Assembly: GCF_006345805.1 (NCBI RefSeq)
Contig: NC_043000.1
Coordinates: 134,168,001-134,232,000, forward strand
Direction of reading: 5' to 3'
Source of the DNA: Octopus sinensis
Lineage: Eukaryota
DNA length: 64,000 nucleotides
Of the stretch, positions 40,439-53,261 are shown piece after piece (the first letter of the stretch is position 1; every line of letters starts with the position of its first letter). The notes under the pieces are model-generated. The model worked only from the letters and a program-made list of their open reading frames with translations. It had not been told where the DNA came from and made no database searches. The translations under genes were made by a program, and so were the position numbers.

Positions 40439-40446
40439 TGACGTCA
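40439..40446. promoter_or_regulatory. Second perfect CRE palindrome TGACGTCA
   Basis: Exact match, embedded in a cluster of TGAC/GTCA half-sites. Confidence 0.5.
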
Positions 40447-42782
40447 TTGTCAATCATCAACTTAGACAGTGACGCGTTGTGACAATCTAATGTCATAAGG
40501 TGACCCAGATTGTTAGTGACAAATGGCCGAGACTAAAAACCTTGACAGCAACGATGACAGAATCCGGTAACAACGACTATGATACTCTTCTTTCCCATTA
40601 AACTTTAAAGAAGCCTCTTAATTGTTTTAAAAGCCCTTCAGATTACACATTTCTTTGTAGACCAACGAGAGATAGGTGGGGTGTGTGAAACTGCAGGACC
40701 AAACGAACTCCTCACGCATCAATATCTAATGATGGGTTGTATTTTATAATCTCAGATTATAAAATAGAGATAAAAGCGAGTTCAAGAGAATTCTGAGAGA
40801 TAAACACACATAAGAGATTATAAAATATTTATGTACATAACAACGTGGTGCGAACTGACGAAACAATATAAGGCTTAAATAAAGCTAGAAGATGCATGAG
40901 GATACGTTGAACTTAAGGTAACGTTGCTTACAGTATGAATTAAAATTTTCGATCAGAAAATAATAAAACATGATAAAGAAACTGGTCGACACAAGTACTT
41001 TAACAGCGTACTAGGTTTCACAAGAGGACTGATTTTAATCGTTTCTATTTGTAACGAATTAAAAAGCTTGGCGAGATTTCAGTGTTTGATATGCAGAAAT
41101 GAAAACTTATCTCAGGTTCCTGTCAGAACTGAGAGATATAAAACATGCCAATCGTATATATGAATTTTTAAAAAAAAATAGATGCTGAGAAAGCTGAATG
41201 GAAAAATATTTTTAGCGAATCCCATGCATTTTAATAAATTCCAAGCTAACAAGAAGCAAAATAGTAAAAAGTCATGAAACCAACAAAAGGTAAATAAATA
41301 AACGAATAGAGAAGCTAGTAATGCTGGTAACTTTAAAATAGTTCAGTTTAAAAAAATATCCTATCAGGTTGATTCCCCGCCACCACTTTGGAGGAGGAGA
41401 GGAAGAAAGGGGGGGGTAGAAAAAGCAAAAGGAAAGGGAAAGTGGGGAGGAGGAAAAGCAACAGAAAAGAAAAAGGTGAGAAGGAAAAGAGAAAAAGGAG
41501 GTGAAGAAGAAGAAAGGGAGGAGAGAGGACTGTATAATGAGTCCTCATACTTTCAATAATTCAAATGAGTGGCATATTAGGGAGAATTCCTGTAACATTT
41601 TTTTTATAATGGCACTTTGCCAGGAAAACAGCTCAATAATGGTAAATCAAAAAAAAAAAAAAAAAAAGATATCAGTTATCAGCATTAATAAAAATGATAT
41701 AACAGATAAAAACATAATTCCAAAAATTCTTCAATTGACTTAAATGATCTTTGATTTTTTTTTTTTTTGTTCCGGAGAATGTTTGAACCTTCCTCAGTTA
41801 ATTTACAAGTTCTATGGTAAATACACAAACTATCCTAACCTCCCATGCTTGTTTTATAGCTTTTTTTTTTTGTTTATATCTTACCTATCGAATGTCCATG
41901 TTTACATTTAAGTTATATGAATGTAGTCTTCAGAACAATTCCAGCTTAAATATGTTGTTCTTTGCTTTCCCTTCTGACTGAGCATAAGCTTGTTGAAGTA
42001 GAAAACAAAAACCGTAAAGGATGAGACTATAAAAATATTTCAAATTATATCTTACAAAAAACATTTTCGTAATTAATTGCCTAACAAATTGGAATGGTCT
42101 GCTTTTCTGATATTGAATAACAGAAACTCTATACGAGTTTCCATAAGAAACCTAACTAGTGTAATTGGGTAAATGATTAGATATGATAGCTAAGTATCTC
42201 CCCAACAAGATAATAAATCTACAGCATCACGGATATAGCTTCATCATCATCATTTAACGTCTGTTGTCCATGCTGACACTAGTTGAATGGTTTGACCAGA
42301 GTTGACAAGCTGGGTAGCTGCACCAGAAAACCAGTCTTTGGCTGGATACCCTTCCAATGGCCAACCACTTTACAGAGTGTTTTCATATAGCACTGCATGG
42401 GTGCTTTTACATGGTGCCATACGGGTGCTTAAAATGAGGTGTTCTTACTCAGGATGGTTTTTATATTTGTCAACATTTATGTAACAAATGCATTGAGAAT
42501 ATTCTAATTTCCAATTTAGGAACAAGGCAAGAAATTTTGAGAGGAGGAACATCATCACCATCGTTTAACATCCGCTTTCCATGCTAGCATGGGTTGGATG
42601 ATTTTGACTGAGGGCTGGTGAACCAGATGGTTGCACCAGGCTCCAATCTTGATCTGGCAGAGTTTCTACAGCTGGATGCCCTTCCTAACGCCAACCACTC
42701 CAAGAGTTGATAACATAGTTGATAACATCGATCCAGGTATTTAGACTGGTAATTTTATCAACCCAAAACAAATGGAAGGTTG

Positions 42783-43010
42783 GGGTGCATGGCTTAGTGG
42801 TTAGGGTGTTAGACTCAAGATCATAGGATTGTGGCTTTGATTACTGAACCAAGTGATGCATTGTTCTTGAACAAAACACTTTACTCCATGTAATTCCAGT
42901 ACACTCAGCTGGTAAAAATGAGTAACACTGCATCAGAACAGTGTCCCATCCAGAAAGGAATATATAAGCCAGAGAAACTGGTCCTTACAGAGTAATGTGG
43001 ACTAACCAAA
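42783..43010 (+). mobile_element. Third tRNA-head SINE family (C)
   Basis: A-box TGGCTTAGTGG, degenerate B-box, then ttgttcttgaacaaaacact...cactcagctgg. Reverse copies at ~25170-25310 and ~49100-49250. Confidence 0.6.
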
Positions 43011-43088
43011 AGAATGAAAAGCAGGATCTGAACTCCAAACATAAAGAGCCTTAAGAACAACACCTTTACTAATCCACTACATAATAAT

Positions 43089-43775
43089 GGTTTCAAACTT
43101 TGGCACAAGGCCAGTAATTCTAGGGGTGGGGTTAAGTCAATCATATTGATCCCCAGCATTCAAAATTGGTACTTATTTTATCAACCCCTAAAGGATGAAA
43201 GGCAAAGTCGACATCAGTGGCATTTGAACTCAGAACATAAACACAGATAAAATACCACTAAGCATTTTGTCCAGTGCACTCACAGTTCTGCCAGCTCGCT
43301 ACCTTAGTCTACCATGTAATAACAATAATGGGTTCCAATTTAGGCACAAGGCCAGTAAATTTGAGAGTAAGAGATTAGAAGATAACCACAATCCCAATAT
43401 TTGACTCATATTTTATTGAACCCAGAGAGCTGACAAGCCAAGTTGACTTCAACAAGATTTGAATTCAGAACAAAGAGCTGGGGCAAATACTGCATCTCTG
43501 CACCATTCAAACAATTCTGTAGATGCACTACCTGAATAATAATTCTTTCTACTATAGGTACAAGGCCTGAAATTTGAGGGGAGGGGGTCTAGTCAATTAC
43601 ATCAACGGCTTCCCCCAATATTTAACTGGCACTTTATCAACCCCAAAAGAATGGAAGGCAAAGTTGACTATGGCAGTATTTGAACTCAGAAAGTTTTTTT
43701 TTTAAAAACCCATAAAAATTCCACTAGTCATTTTATCTGATGAACTAACAATTCTGCCAGCCAGCCTCCTTTAAT
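43089..43775 (-). mobile_element. Three head-to-tail SINE family A copies
   Basis: Same diagnostic blocks as 29734-30400, bounded by TAA repeats. Confidence 0.75.
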
Positions 43776-43869
43776 AATAATAATAATAATAATAATAATT
43801 GGTACTTCACACATATTGAGATGGGCATTGTCACTGACAGAACAATAAAATTCCATGCAATATATATAT

Positions 43870-44195
43870 TCTTTTACTTGCTTCAGTCATTTGACTTTGG
43901 CCATGCTGCTGCACCAACGTTTAATCAAAGAAATTGACCCTAGGGCTTATTCTTCGTAAGCCTACTACTTATTCTGTCAGTCTTTTGCCAACATCAGTTG
44001 TCAAGCAATGGCAGGACACACACACACATATACCACAGGCTTCTTTTAGTTTCCATCTACCATCCACTCACAAGGCTTTGGTTGGCCTGAGGTTATAGCA
44101 GAAGCACTTGCCCAAGGTGCCACACAGTGGGACTGAACCTGGAAGCATGTGGTTGGGAAGTAAGCTTCTTACCACACAGCCATGTCTGCACCTAT
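43870..44195 (-). mobile_element. SINE family B
   Basis: Reverse complement of family B blocks. Confidence 0.8.
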
Positions 44196-44989
44196 GTATT
44201 TTCTTTTACATACCTTTATTTGATTTTTGAAAATGAACAGTCTAATGTGTGTATTTTAATGACCTATCAATGTATATAGCAGGTTTCTTTGCCCCAGGTG
44301 TCAGGAAGACAGCAAAATATAGAAACAATTGAAGGAAGAAGAAAAACTAATAATAATAATAATAGTAATGATGATGATAACGATGTCTGCTCTAACTATG
44401 ACTAAGAGATTAGACTCAATGTATATGCAGAAAGAAAGGAAAAAATGAGAGGACAACATTGGCCAAGTAAAAAGAAAATGCCATCAAATATTTTAAAAGA
44501 AAAAAAAACGATAGGGACATGAGTGGAGGGTTTATGCATAAAGTTGAATATTTATTGCTTCAAGATGATGTAGAAAGGAAGCAGTGTGTGTGTGGAGATA
44601 TCAAAAAATTGAGTTCATTATAAAACCTAATTAAAGCAGCACTGAATGTGAATATTATAAACAGGTTCATTAAAATTAAAATTAATTTTAGGATGAAAAA
44701 GCAGACACCTGATGATGGTGGTGATGTTGATGAAATTGATTAGAATTTGAATAGAGCCAAAAAAAAAAGTGCATGACACATTAAAATACATCACTATTAA
44801 ACAGTTTGGAAACATCCAAATTTTAAAATTTTGGTTAAACCAGTACAGTTAAATACTTTTATGGCTGCAGACAAAATATGTTTTGAATTCTATGTTCATC
44901 AACCCAACCTTATAGGCAGACAAAATTACATGTACACACACACACACATATTCCTTCTCCTCATAAATTAAATTCTGCACCCCAGATTC

Positions 44990-45400
44990 CCATACAGTAA
45001 TACAATTATCTCAAGTGTTTTCAGCTTTAAACTTTTGATAGAAGGTCATGTAGGTGAATTGGTTGGTCCTCATGTTTGTCAACTAAATTCACCACTATTT
45101 AGATAATAGTGTTACAAATTTTACAAATTTTCCCAATTTGAAACCAATTCTTTCAGATTGTTCCCTGGTAACCATGGAGTCTGCTGTTTTCTCAACATCC
45201 AAATAGATATATTTTACATTATCTACATGTTCCTTTTGAATATATTGCTGACACTAATATCTACAAGCCATTTACAAAGATTATGTCAAACATACTTTAG
45301 AGAAAGAGAATGCCAGATAAGATAGAATTATCTTTGTCGCTGGGTGGTTTAGTTTTAACTGACAGAGGACTCCATCATTGGAGAAAATTCACTCAAAGAC
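44990..45400 (-). mobile_element. Very degraded CR1/L2-type RT fragment
   Basis: Minus-strand remnants resembling GVPQ, LFxIFINDL and ..DDTKIY. Many stops. Confidence 0.35.
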
Positions 45401-45465
45401 ACAAACTCACTCTACTAAAATCTGCTTGGAACAATTATCCAAGCATGCAACACATGTCCTAGCTT

Positions 45466-45838
45466 TGTGGTAAGTAGCTTGCTTACCAACCTCATGGTTC
45501 CAGGTTCAGTCCCACTGCATGGCACCTTGGGCAAGTGTCTTCTACTATAGCCTCAGGCCGACCAAAGCCTTGTGAGTGGATTTGGTAGACGGAAACTGAA
45601 AGAAGCCCGTCGTATATATGTATATATATGTATGTGTGTGTGTGTGTTTGTCCTCCCAACATCACTTGACAACCAATGCTGGTGTGTTTACATCCCCGTA
45701 ACTTCGTGGTTCAGCAAAAGAGATCGATAGAATAAGTGCTAGGCTTACAAAGAATAAGTCCTGTGGTCGACTTGCTCAACTAAAAGCGGTGCTCCAGCAA
45801 GGCCACAGTCAAATGACTGAAACAAGTAAAAGAGAGTA
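45466..45838 (+). mobile_element. tRNA-head SINE, family B, with internal (TA)/(TG) microsatellite
   Basis: GGTTCAGTCCCAC B-box-like motif, then gcaagtgtcttctactatagcc...ggtagacggaaactgaaagaagcc, 3' end gtcaaatgactgaaacaagtaaaag. Further copies at ~2385-2580(-), 12030-12390(-), 13350-13505(-), 19965-20225(-), 33465-33835(-), 51030-51310(-). Confidence 0.85.
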
Positions 45839-46475
45839 TCTACTTCAAAGATATGTAACATTAGATATGAACGAAGATTTTGCCTTTACAACTATGTCAT
45901 CATACTAGCTACTAAAATCTGCTGGCAATTGTTTTGTTTTAACTGTGATTATTAGCAAATAAAAGAAAGAGAAAAAAAATACATGAAGCAGTTATCTGAA
46001 TTACTTTATACAGTAGGTTATTGTAGTTATTTTCCTTAAGATATGATCAAACAGTGAAGATGAGAAACTTAAAAATCAACAAATCAGCACAGATAAGAGC
46101 TTTCTAAAAGCTTGTTTTCCTCTTATAATATCTCAAACTGATAAAAAACAGAAAAACATTACATGATATACCTCACTGTAATCAGCCAATAAGCTAATGA
46201 ACAATTTAAATGAAGCTAGGTCAGAGACGTAAATTATCGTAATTATACATAATTCAATAACAACAGTGTGATGTTATTGTTAATCTAAGGAGATCTGTGA
46301 GGTCTTAATTTGCTTTAAATATATTTTGCAAAAATTATTGGAATAGTAAATAAAAGTTTGCTAGAGAGCATTAAAGCATGCTGGACCTTTTCATTTAAAG
46401 ATTACAATACTCATTATTGTTCAACATCTGTTTTCTATGCGGGCATGGACTGGACAATTACTATTTGTATGTATG

Positions 46476-46536
<61 letters not shown>

Positions 46537-46796
46537 TTTTTGTTATTCTACCAAATATATACGTTTTATTTGTTATTTTGCAATTTACTTAATCATCGGT
46601 ATATTTTTTATCTTATATTTAATCTTTCTATATGTGATTTTCTAGATGGTGTAATTTAATTTTTCATTTTGAATTGATAAAAGGTGTTTATTTTCTAATT
46701 TATATATATATTATATTTTGTGAAATTTGATTTAGTATTTCTAAATTGAATTTTTCCCTGTAAGTTTGGAATAATATTCCCTCAAATTATTATTAT

Positions 46797-46839
<43 letters not shown>

Positions 46840-47944
46840 CCCTCCGTGTTCGTTTTTGTTCGGTTTCCTTCCATGTCTCCACTGACATTTTTTTTGTTCT
46901 TAACTTTGACTCGCTATAAATCCTAAATTGTATTTTAGAATTTATGGGAGAAACTGTCTTTGAAGACTCATATTGTTGTTGAATGCTCAAAATGAGGAGT
47001 AGACAGACAGCCAACAACTAATGAAGGGTCCTTTCTCTGCATTTACTTGTCCTGTTTTCCATTATTTTTTCTTCTTGTTTACGTATTTCATGTTATTTGC
47101 ACCGTTGGTGATGTCCTGTACTCAGATATGCATATATATATAATCTATTTATTTATTTATTTTAGTAGTAGAATCTTCTGACTAACCATGTAGATAATTA
47201 TTCAGTATACATTCAGATCAGTATGACCTTAGTAGATAAGCTGAATAATTTAAACCAAAGTTAACTCAAGGCCATCAGTCAAACAGACTTCATTGTTTTC
47301 AAAGCCAACAATTCTTTCCTTCGGGATATGCCAGTTGTCATTATAAATCTTCCACCTGAAGTTAACTACTTAACAACAGACAGTCTTAAAAAAAAAAAAA
47401 AAAAAACTATCAATCATAACAAGTGAACAGTTATTTCTAATAAGTTGGGGAAGAAGGGTCATGCCCATGACCTTTCCAGGTCATTACATACTGGTGAGAT
47501 TGATGTGGCTCAACTAACATCAATCTTAGAACAGCTAAGTGAAAGTTCTAAAAGGTTAATATTCCAACTTTTTTTTTTTTTGTAAGATGATGCCATGCAT
47601 TAAAAAATAAAAATAATAACAACCTTAGAAGCTGCTATTACACCATTTACATAACTGGAACAAATTTTTTTTAATGGAATATTTTAAAGAAATCTGAACA
47701 TTTAAATAATCTGAAAGCTTTCACAAAATTTTTCTTTCTTTTTTTTTCTTTTTTTTTATATTCTACATCAATCAAGTTGTAAACTGTTAAAGAGTTAACT
47801 AATAGAGAAAGCAAAGTCAATTTAGTTAGAATCTAATTTATAGAGAAGACGACTATTTGCTGACTGAATCAAAATTGAGTATGTTATTGGTGTTGTTTTT
47901 TAATTGAAGATGGATGATGATGAGAATAATAATAATAATAATAA

Positions 47945-48152
47945 TCCTTTCTACTATAGGCACAAGACCTGCAATTTGGGGGGGAGAGGACTAGTTGATT
48001 ACATCAACCCCAGTGTTTCACCGGTACTTAATCTATCGACCCCAAAAGGCAGAGTTGACCTCCGCGGAATTTGAACTCAGAACGTAGTAACTGGTGAAGT
48101 ACTGTTAAGCATTTCGTCCAGCGTGCTAACGATTCTACCAGTTCACCGCCTT
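47945..48152 (-). mobile_element. SINE family A copy with (TAA)n/(ATT)n tail
   Basis: taataataatcctttctactataggcacaag...gaatttgaactcagaacg...ttcaccgcc. Confidence 0.8.
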
Positions 48153-49297
48153 AGTATAATAATAAACCTAGATAGAATATGAACTCATGACAAGAAAGGT
48201 CTGGGTGTTCAACAGATTCTGCCAACCCCTACTCTTCAAGAAATGAATACTGAATACTTCTATAACTTAAAAAGAAAAAAAAATGGGGGGGGGGGTAATC
48301 ATTTTTTTTTTTAAAATACACACAAGGTAATAAATCTAAAACTAGCCATTACAAGTTTATAGAACACAATATTTAATAACTCGGGATAAATTTGAACATT
48401 ACCTTTACAGAAATTTTTTTTTGTCCTTTATGATGATGATGATGATGCACTTTTTTTACTTATAACCTATCATAAGACCACATTGTTATTGTTGTTAAGC
48501 CCTAGGCAAGGCCTGATCAAACTAATCTATGATCAACAGTATTCCAGCTATAAACATGTCTTTTTTTCATTCATTCTGTACTTTTAGATTATCTTACAGT
48601 AAGGGGTAGTTTCAAAAATAGGCTGCTGTTTCTAGTAGGCTGAATGACCACTTAATTGGCTTATAAAAGTATGTAAGACCTGAAAACACTCAGTGTACAT
48701 TACATTTACTTTTTTAAAATCAAACAGCAATCAATTTCTAGGCCAAGGTTTTCAACTTTCACACTGCATTAATCAATAAAGAGTTTATTGCTCCAAAATA
48801 TTTGCACAACAAAATTAAAGAGATCATCCACCAATATTGTGATTTTCCCATAATTCTAAATAAAATTGGAAAATAAAAACTATAATGAATTCAAATATTA
48901 GGAAATGAAGATTGGATCCACTCTCCTTTATTCACATTATTAAACAATAATCTTAGCAGCTCTTCATAGTTTAAGAATATGGAAACAAGAACTAGGTTTA
49001 CATAAAGAACCAGTCATCACTCACAAATGAGTAAAGTTTGGTAACAATGCATCATGTGTTTAGTAATTGTTTTAGCTACCTATGTAGCCCCAATTAGACA
49101 CAGGTACCCTTGTGGCTCTCCCGTCCTTTGACCCAACAACACATCCAGAATGAGCAGAGAGAATGCTTTGTCAACACTAGGCTGGCACTCATTTTCAGCT
49201 GAGCAAACTGAATGTGAAATGAACTACTTTGCTCAAGGACACAATGCACCTTCACTGAACTAAACCTAGGACAGAAGGAAAGATCAATAATTTAAAC

Positions 49298-49523
49298 CAG
49301 TGATTCTTAATCTTTCTAAATCTATAGCATACTGGATATGAAAGTGGAGGGACAAAATTACTGGTGTTTTTTATATTGGAAGTTAACATTTTACTGGTGC
49401 ACTTCGTGTGTATGAAAAACTTTATGAAAAGCATATTTTTCAAGACACTTAAATATTCATACTTCCTAAACCCTTAAATTATATTTTTTTTAATATCTGT
49501 GGTGCCCTGTTCAAGAACCACTG
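49298..49523. mobile_element. hAT-type MITE
   Basis: TIRs CAGTGATTCTTAA / TTCAAGAACCACTG. Perfect 8-bp TSD ATTTAAAC at 49290-49297 and 49524-49531. Confidence 0.8.
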
Positions 49524-52500
49524 ATTTAAACCATTAAATTGCAAATAGAAATTTCAAAGAGGCTAGTAATCTTAAAAAATAAATTTTGAAAAAAAGCAAG
49601 CTAAAATTTAGGATAACTGCTAGATAATTCGCTGCACTAGTAACAATCCTCAGATACATTTAAGAAAAGGGAACTGTGGCATTCATATCTTCCCAAGTCT
49701 AAGTTACATATGTGAGATGGCTACAGCTACAAGTACAGAAAACTTAACAGCACAGAAGGTATTACATCATGTTACTAAAGCCAGCTTCCTCTACTTGCCT
49801 AAAACTCATTACTTAATCCTTAAAAAAATTATAACTACTGCAAGTTTGTGCTGATGCCATGTAAAAGCACCCAGTATACTCTGTGGTGTGGTTGGCATTA
49901 GAAAGGGCATCTGGTCATAGAAACCATGCCAAAATAGACAATTGGGACATGGGTAGCTCCCTTGCTGGCCAGCTCCCATCAAACCATCAAGTCCATGCCA
50001 GCATGAAAATGTGGATGTTAAATGATGATAATGTTGTAGCAATATTATTTCATTAAATACAATTTGTAAATCATCTCTAGTTTAGTTTATTCATTATATC
50101 CTTACAAAAAGAGAAAAAAAAAAAAAAAAAAGAATGATTTCCAAAATTTGTCTTTCTCATCCTTTTTAACCAATACCACCCAAATCCACCATCATTTAAA
50201 TCCTTTAAAATGTTTTAGCCCGAAGGCCGCGGCCATGCTGGGGCACTACCAACTTTTCCATGCTTGTATGGGTCTGCCTCAAAAAATTTTCTCAGTTTTA
50301 TTGAGTGAAATAAAACTATCATTTTCAGAGAATCTACAAGCAAATATTTTAATTTTTGCACAAGAAAACCAAATACTTTTATTTATTTTTTAAAAACTAG
50401 TAATTAAAAAGGAAGCAAGAACTAATAAAACAAAATAAAAACTAAAAGCTGATTTTTAGTGTTTGAAGTTTATCTGACAACTAACTCAACAATAGAACAT
50501 ACTGGAAGAGCCGAGCCTAATGGATTAAAATAATAATAATAATAATACTTTAAAGAAAAAGAAAACCTGTCTGTAAAAACAAGTACCTTGTTTTTGTTAT
50601 ATAGTGCAAGTGAAGTTAGATAAGTTTCAGAAGAAATGTAACAAAGGTGGCTTTCCAAGCCCACACCATATTGTTCATTGTTCCACAATTTATCTTGTCA
50701 ACTTGCCAGCTCCTTAGATTAGCAAGCTGCTCATTCAAGTTGCTAATTCCACAATTTAAATCAACATTGTTGTCTTTCAAGGTGCATATCAAAATTGGCA
50801 CCAAATACATCTCCAGCATTATATAAAATGATTTCCTGAAATATCTTTTTTAATTATAACTGGGTTTTTTTGTGTTTTTTTTCAGTCACTTATTTTTATT
50901 TATTTTTTGAAAAAGTTTTTTTTAAGAAATGAAAGTAACAACTTGGAAAGATCAGAGAACAAACACGCAAAGAGTAATTTTGTTTTAAATAAATATACTT
51001 TTGATAAATTGGCAACAATATTCTTTTATCTTTTACTCGTTTCAATCATTGGACTGCAGCCATACTGGGACACTGCCTTGAAGAAAGGTTTTAATGGAAC
51101 AAATCAACCACAGTATTTTTTTTTTATTTTTTAAAGTCTGGTACTTATTCTATCAGTCTTTTTTGCTGAACTGTTAAGTTACAAGTACATAAATGAATAT
51201 TGGCTGTTTAAAAGTATGTTTGTGTGGGGACAAACAGACACAAACACATACACACACAATGGGCTTCTATACAGTTTCCATCTACCCAATTCACTCACAG
51301 GGTATTGGTTGAAGCTCAGAAGTACAAGCTAATGAAACACTCCTCAATTATTCTACATCCAAATTTCAAGTAGTAAAAATCTATATCTATTTTGTAAACA
51401 TTTACAGATGAGCCTGGGCAGAGTTAAAGAGCTTTGCTAAAACAAAGCCCAGCACTCAATCAACAGTCACCATTCAACTAGTAGGACTCCTATCTGTTGA
51501 CTTAATGAGTTCTAGCTTGCCATATAAACATGAATATTGATGTCACCACTTGCACAAAAGTGATGATGTCAACATTCCTTGCCAATATTGTGACTGGTCA
51601 CTCTGCATTTTTGAACTCTGGAATAAAAATGCTTGAGCAACATCCTGCTTCAAACAACTCCTTGTCTATATGATACTTCCATGGAAGAAAAACATTGAAT
51701 AATTGGCTGAGCTTCATCACAAACTCATTTTTCTCCCTTGTAAATCATATTTAAGAAAATGTTATTGCTACGTAAGAAAAATCATTGCTGCTCATTTGCC
51801 ATAAATTATTTTGTTCTTTGTGTTAATGACTAAATTAATCGAGAAAATTATTTCCTGCACACTTTCTCGGTACATAACATACAAGTCATAAAAGACTGGT
51901 ATAATTACAGAAATATTCAAATGCAATTCTACTTAGAATGTTGAAGATTATAATGATTAAATAGTTAGGATTCTTGTCCACAGAATAATCTTGCAGAAAT
52001 AAATTAAATTAGCACACCCATGATGAGCCAATAACTTTATATACTGCTTAGTTACAATTTACATTATTAAACCTAATATAACAGAGTCCTCTAAAATAAA
52101 CAGCTATTTATAGGAAATGGTAAGCATTTCATTTTCATTAACAGTCATTACAAATGAATGTAAACTTCGTTACTAGGAACTGCAAAATAGCGGTATATTG
52201 AAATAACATTTTTGTCATTAGCAACTGATACATACATACACTTTATCAAAAAAACAAAACAAAAAATGTTTCATCATCATCATTGTTTAACGTCCATTTT
52301 CCATGCTAGCATGGGTTGGACGGTTCGACTGGGGTCTGGGAGGCCAGGAGGCTGCACCAGGCTCCAGTCTGATCTGGCAGTGTTTCTACAGCTGGATACC
52401 CTTCCTAACACCAGCCACTCCGTGCCACAGCTACGATCAGTTGGTGCAACAGCTACAATCAGTTGGTGCTTTTTACATGCCACCAGCACTGTAGCCAGTC

Positions 52501-52624
52501 AAGGCAGCGCTGGCATAGGCCACGCTCGGATGGTGCTTTTTATGTGCCACCGGCACAGGTATCACAACTACAATTTCTATTTGATATTTATTTTGATGTT
52601 GATGTACTTGACTCAATAGGTCTC

Positions 52625-53031
52625 CTCAAGCACAGCAGGTCACCCTACAATCCAAGGTAGAGCACAGCAGATCGTCCTACAATCCAAGGTGCTTTTGAAT
52701 GGGCTAAATCAACTTCTATAAAATTTCAACTCAAATAGCTACAGAATATCGAACTCACATTTTTTACCAACCTAGCAAATTTTTACTTTTATAAAGTATT
52801 CAGTTTCATCATCATCATCATCGTTTAACATCCACTTTTGATGATGATGAAACTGAATACTTTATAAAAGTAAAAATTTGCTAGGTTGGTAAAAAATGTG
52901 AGTTCGATATTCTGTAGCTATTTGAGTTGAAATTTTATAGAAGTTGATTTAGCTCATTCAAAAGCACCTTGGATTGTAGGACGATCTGCTGTGCTCTACC
53001 TTGGATTGTAGGGTGACCTGCTGTGCTTGAG
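52625..53031. repeat. Long inverted repeat: two 193-bp arms, one mismatch, 21-nt loop
   Basis: 52625-52817 is the reverse complement of 52839-53031. The only difference is G52702 opposite T52954. Confidence 0.95.
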
Positions 53032-53261
53032 CAGTATTATCACTTATCAAAGTAACCTCCATGACTATTAAGAAGCAAGGTTATAAAACACTTAAAAAAT
53101 TCAATTCAGGATTAAAACATCTTGACTATATGACCTCCTAAGTAAACTTATGGCATAGATAAGATAATTTTTAACACTCTTCACAATATGTGGGCAAAAC
53201 ATAAATTTTTGTTATGGTATGTGAATAAATCCTGTTTCAAAACTGTTTTCATATGATTTTA

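Larger units (their letters stand above)
39880..41100. promoter_or_regulatory. CpG-rich putative promoter region, probably bidirectional
   Basis: Visibly many CpGs compared with the CpG-depleted flanks (not counted). Contains two TGACGTCA sites and divergent GTAAG donors at 40190 (-) and 40346 (+). Confidence 0.6.
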
